Source: Wolbachia endosymbiont of Onchocerca ochengi (lineage in GTDB: Bacteria > Pseudomonadota > Alphaproteobacteria > Rickettsiales > Anaplasmataceae). From it: a stretch of 32,000 nt of DNA. This document shows positions 18,466 to 28,206 of this stretch, one piece after another. The position numbers and the translations under genes were made by a program. The stretch is taken from contig NC_018267.1 of NCBI RefSeq assembly GCF_000306885.1, positions 450,001 to 482,000 of the forward strand, given 5' to 3'. Each line of letters begins with the position of its first letter. Position 1 is the stretch's first letter. Below the pieces are notes generated by a model. The model saw only the letters and a program-made list of their open reading frames with translations, did no database searches and was not told where the DNA came from.

Positions 18466-19378
18466 AAAGATGAAAAGCAGTGAATTTTCAAATGGTAAGA
18501 TATCATTTAAACAAAAAACAGAAATATTGCTTGAAGTGCTATCTAATATACCCAACTTTGTAGGGGAAACTTTTGTCATCAGATGTGGTGGTGTGGTAAT
18601 TTCAGATGAAACACTGTTTAGTACTTTTATACATAATATTGTCTTGCTGAAACAGCTTGGTATAAACCCAGTTATAGTTCATGACGGGGAGCGTGAAATT
18701 GATTCTGTGCTGAAAATCTTAGGCATAGGTAGTAAGTTTGTGAATAATATCAGACTTACGGACAAAGACACTATGAAAATTATTGAAATGGCGTTATGTG
18801 GTTCAGTTAATAAAAAAATTGTTCAGCACATAAATTCTGCTGGTGGTTCAGCTATTGGATTGTGTGGAAAAGATGGTAACCTGATAAAGGCTGAAAAAGT
18901 AAGCACTACCCTTAAAGAAAATGGGTCAGACAATATTGAAAGAATATTAGATATGGGATTTATTGGTATACCGATTGAGATTAATCCTGATATATTGTTT
19001 TTTATTGAGGAATCAGATTTTATACCGGTTATTGCACCTGTTGGTCATGGAAGAAGTGGAGAAACATATCACATCGATGCTGATAGTGCTGCAAGTGCGA
19101 TAGCAATTGCAGTTTCTGCATCTAAAATGATAACCTTTAGTGATACAGAAGAAATAGATAAAATTGGTAGCAGGAGGATATCTATTAAAAATTTAAATAC
19201 ATCAATTAACTGTGGTAAAATTAGGGGAGAAAGGCTTATTGAAAAACTTATAGCGTGCACTAAAATGGTAGAAGAATGTGCTGGAACTGCGCATATAGTT
19301 GATGGTAGAATACCTAATGTTATGATTGATTTATTTACTGAGAATAATTCGAGTATATCGGTTATGAGTGATTTGTAG
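18440..19378 (+). CDS. argB: acetylglutamate kinase-like protein (amino-acid kinase fold) with non-canonical catalytic motifs
   Basis: Collinear with NAGK: VIRCGG (compare VIK.GG), PVIVHDGEREI (compare PV.VHGGGPQI), NIRLT, YHIDADSAASAIA (compare N.NAD.AA), IVDGRIPNVMIDLFTENNSS. Overlaps the engB 3' end by 26 nt. An alternative ATG at 18470 removes the overlap. Confidence 0.75.
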   Translation: MNFSSLQNEKMKSSEFSNGKISFKQKTEILLEVLSNIPNFVGETFVIRCGGVVISDETLFSTFIHNIVLLKQLGINPVIVHDGEREIDSVLKILGIGSKFVNNIRLTDKDTMKIIEMALCGSVNKKIVQHINSAGGSAIGLCGKDGNLIKAEKVSTTLKENGSDNIERILDMGFIGIPIEINPDILFFIEESDFIPVIAPVGHGRSGETYHIDADSAASAIAIAVSASKMITFSDTEEIDKIGSRRISIKNLNTSINCGKIRGERLIEKLIACTKMVEECAGTAHIVDGRIPNVMIDLFTENNSSISVMSDL

Positions 19379-19456
19379 CTGAGCATTAATTACTGTGACA
19401 TATTACTTTTATGGATATACAGTTTATATATTACGATTTAGCTTTTGGTGGATAGA

Positions 19457-19912
19457 GTGCAAAAAATTGAAGTAGAGATAAGGAAATTATTACATGGAGA
19501 GGGTTTGCCTCTTCCATGCTACACAACTGCGCAGAGTGCTGGTATGGATCTTTATGCAGCACTGGGTAATTTTGTGATTTTAAATCCGCTTGAAAGGTTG
19601 CTGATTCCAACTGGAATTGTAATTGCAATACCGAATGGTTTTGAGGGACAAATTCGCCCACGTTCTGGCCTTGCTGCGAAACATGGAATTACTGTCTTAA
19701 ATTCTCCTGGTACTGTAGATTCTGATTATCGAGGTGAAGTTAAAGTTTGCTTAATTAATCTAAGCAACCAACCGTATGAAATAAGAAGGGGAGATAGGAT
19801 TGCACAAATTCTTGTTACTCCTATATCTTGGATAGTTTGGAATAATACAGAAGAGTTTTACATGGAAGAAACTGACCGAAATGCAAGCGGTTTTGGTTCA
19901 AGTGGTAGATAG
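19457..19912 (+). CDS. dut: dUTP diphosphatase
   Basis: dUTPase motifs SAGMDL, RSGLAAKHGI, PGTVDSDYRGE, GDRIAQ, and C-terminal RNASGFGSSGR. GTG 19457 gives 151 aa, aligning with the E. coli Dut N-terminus. The ORF stays open back to TTG 19445. Confidence 0.9.
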   Translation: MQKIEVEIRKLLHGEGLPLPCYTTAQSAGMDLYAALGNFVILNPLERLLIPTGIVIAIPNGFEGQIRPRSGLAAKHGITVLNSPGTVDSDYRGEVKVCLINLSNQPYEIRRGDRIAQILVTPISWIVWNNTEEFYMEETDRNASGFGSSGR

Positions 19913-20020
19913 TTTATGTAAACGTTGTCTCTCAATCGGGTTTGACGTGAAAAATTTCTTGACTGAGGTAGTTTTTACATATAGTTTTAGTATATTAATG
20001 ATTTATCAAAGAGGTTAATA

Positions 20021-20653
20021 ATGTCAATTTTTAGGAATCATCGTGGTCAACTTCGCAAAATGAATGTAGCTCTTGTAGCACTTACTTCTCTATATGTTGT
20101 AGGTGCAACAGCAGCATTTTCAGCACCACATTGGGTATCTTCGACTTCAGCTTTAACTCCGCTTGCAGCTTTCGCAGCTACACCACTTGGAATAGGTATA
20201 TTAGCAACTGTTGCTGTTGCACTAGTTGGTTTAGCGATGTATGCTATCAGTAAAAATAATAAAATATCTGAGTTGGAAGCTATGAAGTTTGTTGTTGATA
20301 GCGGTAATGTAAAGCTGCAAGTGACAAAGAAGGAGTTTGAGTATATAAAAAGAAATAATAAAAATAGGGATAAAGATGGAAGGATTGTAGAAGGTGAGTA
20401 TCGTATAGATTTTGCTAACTCAGAGGGTAAGGAATGCTATGTTATTGTTACAAGCGAGAAGAGCCAAGAAATGGGTAATACTTTGCTCTTAAATATAAGT
20501 TCATTAAATATGAAAAGTAATGAAGGTAAATATGTAGCTCAAACTGACATGTCGAAGACATTAGGGTTAGATAGAGCGGGTGCTAAAGAGTTTAATACTT
20601 ATTTGAACTCAGTTATCATTGGACAGACTGTAGATCAAGAACAAGCAAAGTAA
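20021..20653 (+). CDS. hypothetical membrane protein (two N-terminal hydrophobic segments, soluble C-terminal domain)
   Basis: 210-aa ORF. AGAGG lies 8 nt upstream of the ATG. Hydrophobic at aa 15-35 and 47-76. A strong terminator hairpin follows directly downstream. No recognisable domain. Confidence 0.7.
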   Translation: MSIFRNHRGQLRKMNVALVALTSLYVVGATAAFSAPHWVSSTSALTPLAAFAATPLGIGILATVAVALVGLAMYAISKNNKISELEAMKFVVDSGNVKLQVTKKEFEYIKRNNKNRDKDGRIVEGEYRIDFANSEGKECYVIVTSEKSQEMGNTLLLNISSLNMKSNEGKYVAQTDMSKTLGLDRAGAKEFNTYLNSVIIGQTVDQEQAK

Positions 20654-20671
20654 GCAGTATAGCTAAGCAAG

Positions 20672-20707
20672 AAAGAGGTAGTCTTGATCTACCTCTTTTG
20701 TCTTTTT
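20672..20707 (+). terminator. rho-independent terminator of the 210-aa gene
   Basis: aaagaggtag (20672-20681) is the exact reverse complement of ctacctcttt (20689-20698). Loop is 7 nt, followed by tgtcttttt. Confidence 0.6.
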
Positions 20708-21327
20708 GGAGAGTTCTTGGGTTTTAACACTATGTGTGAATCGTACGGATATTGTAGTTTTTATTTATCAAGGTAGTGCTGTACAGATAACTAGTTTCTA
20801 TCATCCAGAAAAAAAAGAAATATAAGTTTTAGGGTTGTGCACTAAAATAAATCTCTCTCAGGTTCTTAAATTGCAACTAAAAATGCTAAAAGTTTTACCA
20901 AATAGAAGAAAGGTAAAAAAATTTCTAGTGCTGATTTTGATTCTGTACTTCTCTGAGTTAATAGTAATAACTCCTTGCTAATATTTATTTAAGGTCGATT
21001 TGACTAAATATAGAGAAAGTTTAGAAGTATGAAGCTGTTGTAATTTTATGTAACCTGGGGAAATGCCTTAAGTTTTTACTGAATTTTGTTGTTAAATCTA
21101 TAAATCGAAGGTAAGTTTCCGATCAAGGATAATCTTAGTGCTGTAGTAAGAAATTAATTAGATTTGTTGAGTAATTTCTTTGTTTTTGTAACATCATACC
21201 TAGTACACTGTAAATTATTATGTAAGAAGTCTATTAATAGCTTAAGTATGGAGAGTTAAAACACGTGACCTCTATTTTTTTTGTAATTCTTTTAGCATGT
21301 TAGATTCTAATCTTAATAAGGTACATT

Positions 21328-22545
21328 ATGATTGCAAATATGAGTACTGTTTACTTTAGGGTATTAACATAATGAATATTAATATCTAAATTCATATAGT
21401 AAATGGTGTTTTTGCCTTTAATACATTGAATTGTCCAGATGAGGCTGTTGCAGAATCTAGGGATGTGTTAAGGTAGCATTAACATTAAGTTCAATTGTCT
21501 GCTACTTATTTTCTAAAAGGATCACAATTAATCTTTTTTTCTAGATTTGCTGCTTAAAGAGAGCAAACATTATGGCTTAATGTTGTTATTAGACTACTTA
21601 TTATTAATATATATTATTCCGATTGAAAAGTTTAGTTATATTATAATATTTATTTTAATAAATGAACTTGTCCTTAATGGTGAATTATTTCAGTTTTAGG
21701 GGTTTCCTAATGGTAGTTAATATAAAACAGAAAAACAAAAAAGTGATTTATCCATAGAAAAATGTAGTAGAGGTTGAATTGGTAAAGAATATTTTAGTTT
21801 TGGCTATAGAGAAGTTGATTGATATCGTATTAAGACCTTATAAAGGTGAGTAGGTAATTATGAGTCAATAATTTAAAATAAGCAGAAAAAAAGATCTATT
21901 TTGATATAGAGATATTAAAAGTCAAGTTATTGTAAAGAAAACGGTTGGAATTGCAGCAAGCAGATGGATACAATATACTTTTGTTGTTTAAACAATAAAC
22001 AACCTCTACTAGAAAGTTGATTCTTGCCAAGCAGTTTATAGGTTTATTGATTAGCTTAGCTAAGCAGGAAATTGAAGCTAGGAGAGTTACTACCTTAAAG
22101 GCTAATATTCATATTACTTGCCTAGGACATTTTTAATCAATTGCTGCAATGAATTCATGTATATGTGGTTATTTAGGTGATTTGAGTAGATCATGCAATA
22201 AACTTTACGGCATGACAGAAATTGTAATGGCAAAAAAATGTCAAGAATGTTTCTTGATAAGAAAGAGATATATGTGTCAAAATGTTAGCCTGTCAGTATT
22301 TTGAACCTTACTCAAAAGGAGAGGGTAATGATAATGTAAGAAAAAGAGTAATAAGCGGTGGAACATTGGATAAATTTGCTAAGCTAGATCAAGTAGAAAG
22401 TTAAGATTTAAAATACGTGCAAAGAGGACTATGTTTCTAATCGGGGTTGCATATGCGTATGAAGGTGATAAGAACCATTCAAGTTTTAAGAAAAGTGGAG
22501 AGATGAGAAGAGCACATATCCGCTGAGGTGCTAACTATAGGATAG
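21328..22545 (+). pseudogene. comM: eroded comM/yifB (Mg-chelatase-like, YifB family ATPase) gene
   Basis: Collinear ComM-like fragments are interrupted by many stops and frameshifts. 21328 MIANMSTVYF. 21402-21473 NGVFAFNTLNCPDEAVAESRDVLR (compare NG.PAF.IVGLPD.AV.ES.ERVR). About 21827 LRPYKGE (compare RPFR.PH). 22098-22181 KANIHITCLGHF*SIAAMNSCICGYLGD (compare ...YPA.FQLIAAMNPCPCGY.GD). Ends ..EEHISAEVLTIG* at 22545 (compare HI.EAL.YR). Confidence 0.75.
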
Positions 22546-23141
22546 AGCATATTAGTAAATGGACCTATTTGATGAGGCCTTGAAAATTATGTATGTTACT
22601 TTTAGATAGATTGAAATATTCTATTTAGAGAGTAAAGTTATGGCATTTTAAAAAATTCTAAATATAGATGCAAGAGATAGTGTTTTTGTGCTATTTTAGA
22701 AGGATATAAACAAGCTGAAGTTACTGGGAAATTTTAGATGCTGTTGGGTGGGCTTAATGACTGTACTAGAAGAAAGGGTAAATGAAAACAGCTACAAGTT
22801 GTTGATATGAATTGTAGCAGTTTTATATAGTTGCTTATTTTTTAAGTCTAGTTTATGTAACTTCTGTTACTATGAAGCAGCATTAACTTATGTTGGTATG
22901 ATAATAGCTGAAGGTAAAGGATTATATGCACTCGCAGTGACTATCTGATATTTACTACTGGTTCTCTGCTAGTTGCTACATAGTTGTACCTACTGTAAAC
23001 TTTATATATAAACTATAGTAAAGTAAGCCAAATTGGAGAGGTAAAAGAGACTGTACTTAATGATTATGAAAAAGATGATCAAAGCAATCCTAAGTTAATA
23101 GGTGGAGAAATTGGGATAGTTAAAAAGCGTAGTTTAATGAG

Positions 23142-23170
23142 AAAAAGGGATAAGTCTCTTTCCCTTTTTT
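23142..23170. other. hairpin (possible orphan or bidirectional terminator) in the decayed tract upstream of ftsZ
   Basis: aaaaaggga (23142-23150) is the exact reverse complement of tcccttttt (23161-23169). Loop is 10 nt. An A-run precedes it and a T-run follows. Confidence 0.35.
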
Positions 23171-23354
23171 AATATTTTCTAGTTTTTATATCAATTAGGT
23201 AATACATTTGATAGTTACCGCTGATAATTGATGATACTTATAATGTAAGAATAAGTAAATCTTGTTTACTGTTTATAGAAGTGAAAAGTGTTTGCATGTT
23301 GTTAAAAAAACAGTAACTTATTATTGAGTAAATTTGCTAAATTTGGAAATGTAA

Positions 23355-24548
23355 ATGTCTATTAACTTCAGTTTACCGGAGTTGCCTGTTCTATATCCAA
23401 GAATTACTGTTATAGGTGTTGGTGGTGCTGGTGGAAATGCCGTGAATAATATGATTCAATCTAATTTGCAGGGAGTAAATTTTGTTGTAGCAAATACTGA
23501 TGCTCAGGCGCTGGAAAAGTCATTGTGCGATAAAAAAATTCAGTTAGGTATTAACCTAACTAAGGGACTTGGTGCTGGTGCTTTGCCTGATATTGGTAAA
23601 GGTGCGGCAGAAGAATCAATTGAAGAAATTATGGAACATATAAAAGATAGTCATATGCTCTTTATTACAGCAGGAATGGGTGGTGGTACTGGTACAGGTG
23701 CAGCACCAGTGATTGCGAAAGCGGCAAGGGAAGCAAGAGCTGCGGTTAAAGATAAAATGTTAAAAGAGAAAAAGATATTGACTGTTGGGGTTGTAACCAA
23801 GCCATTTGACTTTGAAGGTGTACGTCGTATGCGCATTGCAGAACTCGGACTTGAAGAATTGCAAAAATATGTAGATACACTAATTGTTATTCCAAACCAA
23901 AACTTATTTAGAATTGCCAATGAAAAAACTACATTTGCCGATGCGTTTAGACTTGCTGATAATGTTCTGCATATTGGCATCAGAGGAGTAACTGACTTAA
24001 TGGTTATGCCAGGACTCATTAATCTTGACTTTGCTGATATAGGAACAGTGATGAACGAAATGGGTAAAGCAATGATTGGTACCGGAGAAGCAGAAGGGGA
24101 AGATAGAGCAGTTACCGCTGCAGAGGCTGCAATATCTAATCCATTGCTCGATAATATGTCAATGAAAGGTGCACAGGGAATATTAATTAATATTACTGGT
24201 GGTGAGGACATGACTCTATTTGAAGTTGATGCTGCGGCGAATAGAGTGCGTGAAGAGGTAGATGAAGACGCAAATATAATATTTGGTGCTACTTTTGATC
24301 AGGCAATGGAAGGTAAAGTTAGAGTTTCTGTTCTTGCAACTGGTATTGATAATAGTAGTAATATCCGTGATGGCAGAGTAGAAACTTCGTCTGTCAGTCA
24401 AACTAAGATTTCAAAGGAAGAAAAATTCAAGTGGTCTTATAGTCAAGCTTCAGTACTGAAGACAAAGCCAGCTGAGCAAGTAAGTGAAAGAGTAAAATGG
24501 AGTAATAATATTTATGATATACCAGCTTATTTAAGAAGAAAAAAATAA
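23355..24548 (+). CDS. ftsZ: cell division protein FtsZ
   Basis: [13 protein letters not shown], tubulin signature [19 protein letters not shown]-terminal peptide [10 protein letters not shown]; 397 aa. Confidence 0.97.
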   Translation: MSINFSLPELPVLYPRITVIGVGGAGGNAVNNMIQSNLQGVNFVVANTDAQALEKSLCDKKIQLGINLTKGLGAGALPDIGKGAAEESIEEIMEHIKDSHMLFITAGMGGGTGTGAAPVIAKAAREARAAVKDKMLKEKKILTVGVVTKPFDFEGVRRMRIAELGLEELQKYVDTLIVIPNQNLFRIANEKTTFADAFRLADNVLHIGIRGVTDLMVMPGLINLDFADIGTVMNEMGKAMIGTGEAEGEDRAVTAAEAAISNPLLDNMSMKGAQGILINITGGEDMTLFEVDAAANRVREEVDEDANIIFGATFDQAMEGKVRVSVLATGIDNSSNIRDGRVETSSVSQTKISKEEKFKWSYSQASVLKTKPAEQVSERVKWSNNIYDIPAYLRRKK

Positions 24549-24888
24549 TGTAGTTTTTGATACTTAACTGAGAGCTGAGTGAATTTATGGTAAAATGAAA
24601 AGAAAAGAATAGCAAATAGGGTAGGTAGCTATTAAGCTCAAAAGTTGTATAAGAAATATGTAGCGAGGGGATTTTGCATCTTTTATCATGCAAGTAAAGA
24701 AAGGTGGTATTTGGAATAGTTGAAGTCTTCAAGGAATGTTATCATGTTACCGATCTTTTCAAGTTTTTAGGTAATCAAGTGATGTTGAGTGATATAAAAA
24801 AATTACTTTTGAAAAATATGGTCATGTTAGAACAATCATGTTTATCAGTTTTTCCAGTCTCATAGAAGATGGATGGAAGGATGAGTAA

Positions 24889-25356
24889 ATGTTAGAAGTA
24901 AATATTCTTGATGAGAGATGGTATAGCGTTACAGATGATCCAAAGCGATTTGTATTAAGCGTTATGAGTGTTTCTCTGCAAAAATTGGAGATAGACCACT
25001 ATAAGCCAAGTATATCAGTAGTTCTTGCTGATGATAATTTACTACATCAACTTAATTTAAAATTTAGAAAAATAGATAAACCAACTAATGTGTTATCGTT
25101 TCGGTATGAGCAACTATCTAATAAGTGTGATCTAGGTGATGTAGCGATTTCAATAGACACAATACAAAAAGAGTCGAATGAATACAATATATCTACTATA
25201 GCTCATGTTGCACATATGTTAGTACATGGGTTATTACATTTACTTGGTTACGATCACCAAAAAGAAGATGAAGAAGTTATAATGAAAAGCTGGGAAAGCA
25301 GTATTTTGATCTCTTTTAGCTGCAATTACTTATCTAATTTAGAGGTAATTGAATAA
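24889..25356 (+). CDS. ybeY: rRNA maturation endoribonuclease YbeY
   Basis: Zinc motif H...H.....H in [15 protein letters not shown]; 155 aa. Confidence 0.9.
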   Translation: MLEVNILDERWYSVTDDPKRFVLSVMSVSLQKLEIDHYKPSISVVLADDNLLHQLNLKFRKIDKPTNVLSFRYEQLSNKCDLGDVAISIDTIQKESNEYNISTIAHVAHMLVHGLLHLLGYDHQKEDEEVIMKSWESSILISFSCNYLSNLEVIE

Positions 25357-25440
25357 AAGTATAGTAGATAATAATAAAATATGTTATTTACAAAATAGAA
25401 GCTATTTTAGAAATAGCCATAGATAATAAAAAGTAAACAT

Positions 25441-26229
25441 ATGGTCCAGTTTTTTTTGCCAAAGAATTCTAAAATTAATGGAAAGGGTAAAGTTTATCCT
25501 GCTCCTGCTAAGGCAAAAAACGTTAGAAGATTTCAAATTTACCGTTGGTCAGCTGATGATGGGAAAAATCCTAGAATAGATACATTTTTTGTTGATATGG
25601 ATAATTGTGGCTCTATGGTGCTTGATGCTTTGATAAAGATAAAGGATGAAATAGATTCGACCTTAACTTTCAGGCGTTCTTGTAGAGAAGGAATATGTGG
25701 ATCTTGTGCGATGAATATTGGTGGAACCAATACTCTTGCATGTATTAAGTCTATATTTGATATAAAAGGTGACGTGAAGGTATATCCATTACCTCATATG
25801 TATGTGATAAAAGACTTAGTTTCAGACTTGAGCCAATTTTATGAGCAATATAAGTCAATTAATCCTTGGTTACAAGCAGATAAGCCTGGTTTATTAAATA
25901 AGGAATATTCGCAGTCTCCTGAAGATAGAAGAAAACTTGATGGACTTTCTGATTGTATATTATGTGCCTGTTGTTCAACTAGTTGTCCGAACTACTGGTG
26001 GAACAGTAATAAATTTTTAGGACCTGCAATACTGTTGCAGGCTTATAGGTGGATTGCTGATAGTCGTGATAATAAGAAAGATGAGAGGCTTGATGCCTTA
26101 AATGACCCATTTAGGTTATATTGCTGTCATACAATAATGAATTGTACAAAAACCTGTCCTAAGGGGCTTAATCCAGCAAGAGCAATAGTAGAAATGAAGC
26201 AGCTTATGTTAAAGAGGGGAGGAGTTTGA
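25441..26229 (+). CDS. sdhB: succinate dehydrogenase iron-sulfur subunit
   Basis: Cluster motifs [33 protein letters not shown] and [17 protein letters not shown]; 262 aa. Confidence 0.95.
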   Translation: MVQFFLPKNSKINGKGKVYPAPAKAKNVRRFQIYRWSADDGKNPRIDTFFVDMDNCGSMVLDALIKIKDEIDSTLTFRRSCREGICGSCAMNIGGTNTLACIKSIFDIKGDVKVYPLPHMYVIKDLVSDLSQFYEQYKSINPWLQADKPGLLNKEYSQSPEDRRKLDGLSDCILCACCSTSCPNYWWNSNKFLGPAILLQAYRWIADSRDNKKDERLDALNDPFRLYCCHTIMNCTKTCPKGLNPARAIVEMKQLMLKRGGV

Positions 26230-26232
26230 ATG

Positions 26233-27369
26233 TTACCTCTTGCACTCCTCGTATGAGAAGAGTAGACCTTCCGAAGCATAAGGTATTATTAATGTTCTAA
26301 ATGCTTTTCCATTTGTGAGGTTGATTGTACTATTATATGGTGCAAGTAATTTTTTGAATAACTCATGCCTTTGGTTACTAATAGCTTGAAAATCCTCTTG
26401 TTTTAGAAGTTTTTTAGATTCGAATAAGTAAAACATGACTTCATGATAAGTGGGATAAGATGCCAAGAGCTTTATGTCAAATTGAAAACTTTTTATAAAA
26501 GCATTATTAAAAAACTTTAGTTTTTGATTCCTACCGTATATCGTGATAGCAATTGGTAATTCCTCAAGTAAATTTTTCTGTGCTGCTAAGTAGCTATCTA
26601 ATCTAACGTATAACTCTTCTGTATCACTAACATCTTTTCCATATATTACTATGCTACCGGAGTTTCGTATTGGAATCTTAATAAAATCAAAAACCTTGCG
26701 TTCATTTTTGTAAGTTATTACATGTTTTCCTGATTTCAGGCTTTGAGCACTGTTAGTAACAGTCAATCTTTGAGAGTTATTTATGTATTTATCGTAAAAA
26801 GAGTTATAAAACTTTATCTTTTTATTTTCATTATATTTGAGTATCGGAAATGGTAGAGAGTTGAAAATATTTCTGTAGCTTTCTATTTTTTGTTTAAGTT
26901 TGTTATTTTCTAATTCAAGTTCAGTAGCTTGTATCTTATAGTCTGAGATGTTTCTTATCCACAGCAACACGCCGATTACAGTATTAGAATTATCTATTAT
27001 GCTTCTGCCATAGCAGATACAGTAAATCTCGCCATCTTTTGATTTTAAATCCAGAGTAAAGGATTTATTTATTTTTTTTGCCTCAGTAAAATTTTTAATT
27101 AAACTTTCTGATTGCTCAAAAAAGTTTACAAATTCATTGAATGAGTAAAAAACGGTGTTGAGCAAGATCAGTAAGTTAGGGGAAAACTTTTCTATACGTT
27201 TTTTTGCATCCCAGATATAAAACCCATCGTCTACAGTATCAATTAGATTGTTTATTATAATATTTTGATGTTGTAAGCTCTTAATTCTATTATCTACTTT
27301 CAACTTAGAATAAGAGAGAAAGAATAGTATTAAAATTAATAATAAAACTACTTCATACAGAAAAAACAT
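26233..27369 (-). CDS. membrane-anchored PAS-like sensor-domain protein without a kinase or other output domain
   Basis: N-terminal TM segment FFLYEVVLLLILILFFLSY. Repeated PAS-type modules: LPFPILKYNENKKIKFYNSFYDKY and LPIAITIYGRNQKLKFFNNAFIKSF, each ending like a PAS C-terminus (..IVIYGKDVSDTEEL, ..GLLFSYEECKR). The ORF stops 3 nt from the convergent sdhB stop. Confidence 0.6.
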   Translation of the reverse strand: MFFLYEVVLLLILILFFLSYSKLKVDNRIKSLQHQNIIINNLIDTVDDGFYIWDAKKRIEKFSPNLLILLNTVFYSFNEFVNFFEQSESLIKNFTEAKKINKSFTLDLKSKDGEIYCICYGRSIIDNSNTVIGVLLWIRNISDYKIQATELELENNKLKQKIESYRNIFNSLPFPILKYNENKKIKFYNSFYDKYINNSQRLTVTNSAQSLKSGKHVITYKNERKVFDFIKIPIRNSGSIVIYGKDVSDTEELYVRLDSYLAAQKNLLEELPIAITIYGRNQKLKFFNNAFIKSFQFDIKLLASYPTYHEVMFYLFESKKLLKQEDFQAISNQRHELFKKLLAPYNSTINLTNGKAFRTLIIPYASEGLLFSYEECKR

Positions 27370-27426
27370 ATTACCTTTAAAAACGGACGTAAAAATTTGT
27401 AACTGCTCAATAAAGGTATGTATAAG

Positions 27427-28206
27427 TTATGCTGAAGAAGTATACAAGTAAAGATTGCCTAATATCTGAAAGCCCAATCTTTTATAAAGATTGACAGAAG
27501 GTTTCATACAGTGTGCTACTATGTATTTACATTTAAGCTGCTGGATTATTTTGATTCTTTCTAAAACCATTTGGGTACCTATTCCACGATTTCTATGAAT
27601 TGGTAAAACTCCATCACTATAAAAACCGGCTACGCTATCTTGAATATAAAAGCCACATGTTCCGACGACTTCATTATTTAGTGTTACGAGAAAAAACCTT
27701 AATCTTGAGTTTTTATCATTGTAGCTTGATAAGCCGCGGAAAAATGTACTGACGATTCCAACATTATGATGAAAGATTCTAGAGGTACATAAATCTAATT
27801 GTTCTAAGAGATTGCTACTATTTACAACATTCAACCTTAAATTTGGAACAATGTCAGCAGACAGGAGATAATTTTTCATATTAATTAAAACTTTTTTTGG
27901 TGTACTAACGTGTTTTATCTCACTTTTTTCTAGAACATTATTTGTCTTTGTGTGTGGATTCATTACCCATGTTGCTTCTATATTCCTTGCTCTAAGATAA
28001 TCTAAAGTTTTTTGTATAGAAAGTTCAGTACATTGATCCTCACAGAATACAAAATTAAATAATGATTGCTTGGTTCCATTTATTATAAACCCGATGTTAT
28101 CAAATTCATTGTGTACTTCCCACCGAGATAAATTTGCTGCGTGCAGTATATAATCCTTTAGGTTTTGAGTAACCAGACTTGAATAATAGATTTCCTTATC
28201 CTGCAT
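27427..28206 (-). CDS. GNAT-family N-acetyltransferase (two-domain)
   Basis: C-terminal acetyl-CoA motif A in VLPIHRNRGIGTQMVLERI plus ..YKRLGFQ... About 130 aa of N-terminal domain. The start overlaps the pgpA stop by 11 nt. Confidence 0.8.
   Translation of the reverse strand: MQDKEIYYSSLVTQNLKDYILHAANLSRWEVHNEFDNIGFIINGTKQSLFNFVFCEDQCTELSIQKTLDYLRARNIEATWVMNPHTKTNNVLEKSEIKHVSTPKKVLINMKNYLLSADIVPNLRLNVVNSSNLLEQLDLCTSRIFHHNVGIVSTFFRGLSSYNDKNSRLRFFLVTLNNEVVGTCGFYIQDSVAGFYSDGVLPIHRNRGIGTQMVLERIKIIQQLKCKYIVAHCMKPSVNLYKRLGFQILGNLYLYTSSA

Noticed and set aside
23651-24211. 186-aa ORF antisense to ftsZ
   Set aside because: It lies entirely inside the highly conserved ftsZ CDS on the opposite strand and has a low-complexity S/A/P/I-rich translation typical of antisense frames. 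The same reasoning applies to the antisense ORFs at 602-871, 2822-3004, 2968-3201, 5363-5602, 6536-6718, 9491-9712, 9771-9962, 10595-10861, 11867-12058, 18388-18579, 19069-19386, 19431-19661, 24216-24401, 25539-25730 and 28281-28487.
24427-24732. 101-aa minus-strand ORF spanning the ftsZ 3' end and the ftsZ-ybeY spacer
   Set aside because: It overlaps the ftsZ C-terminus in antisense, gives a low-complexity translation, and has no SD or homology I can recognise.
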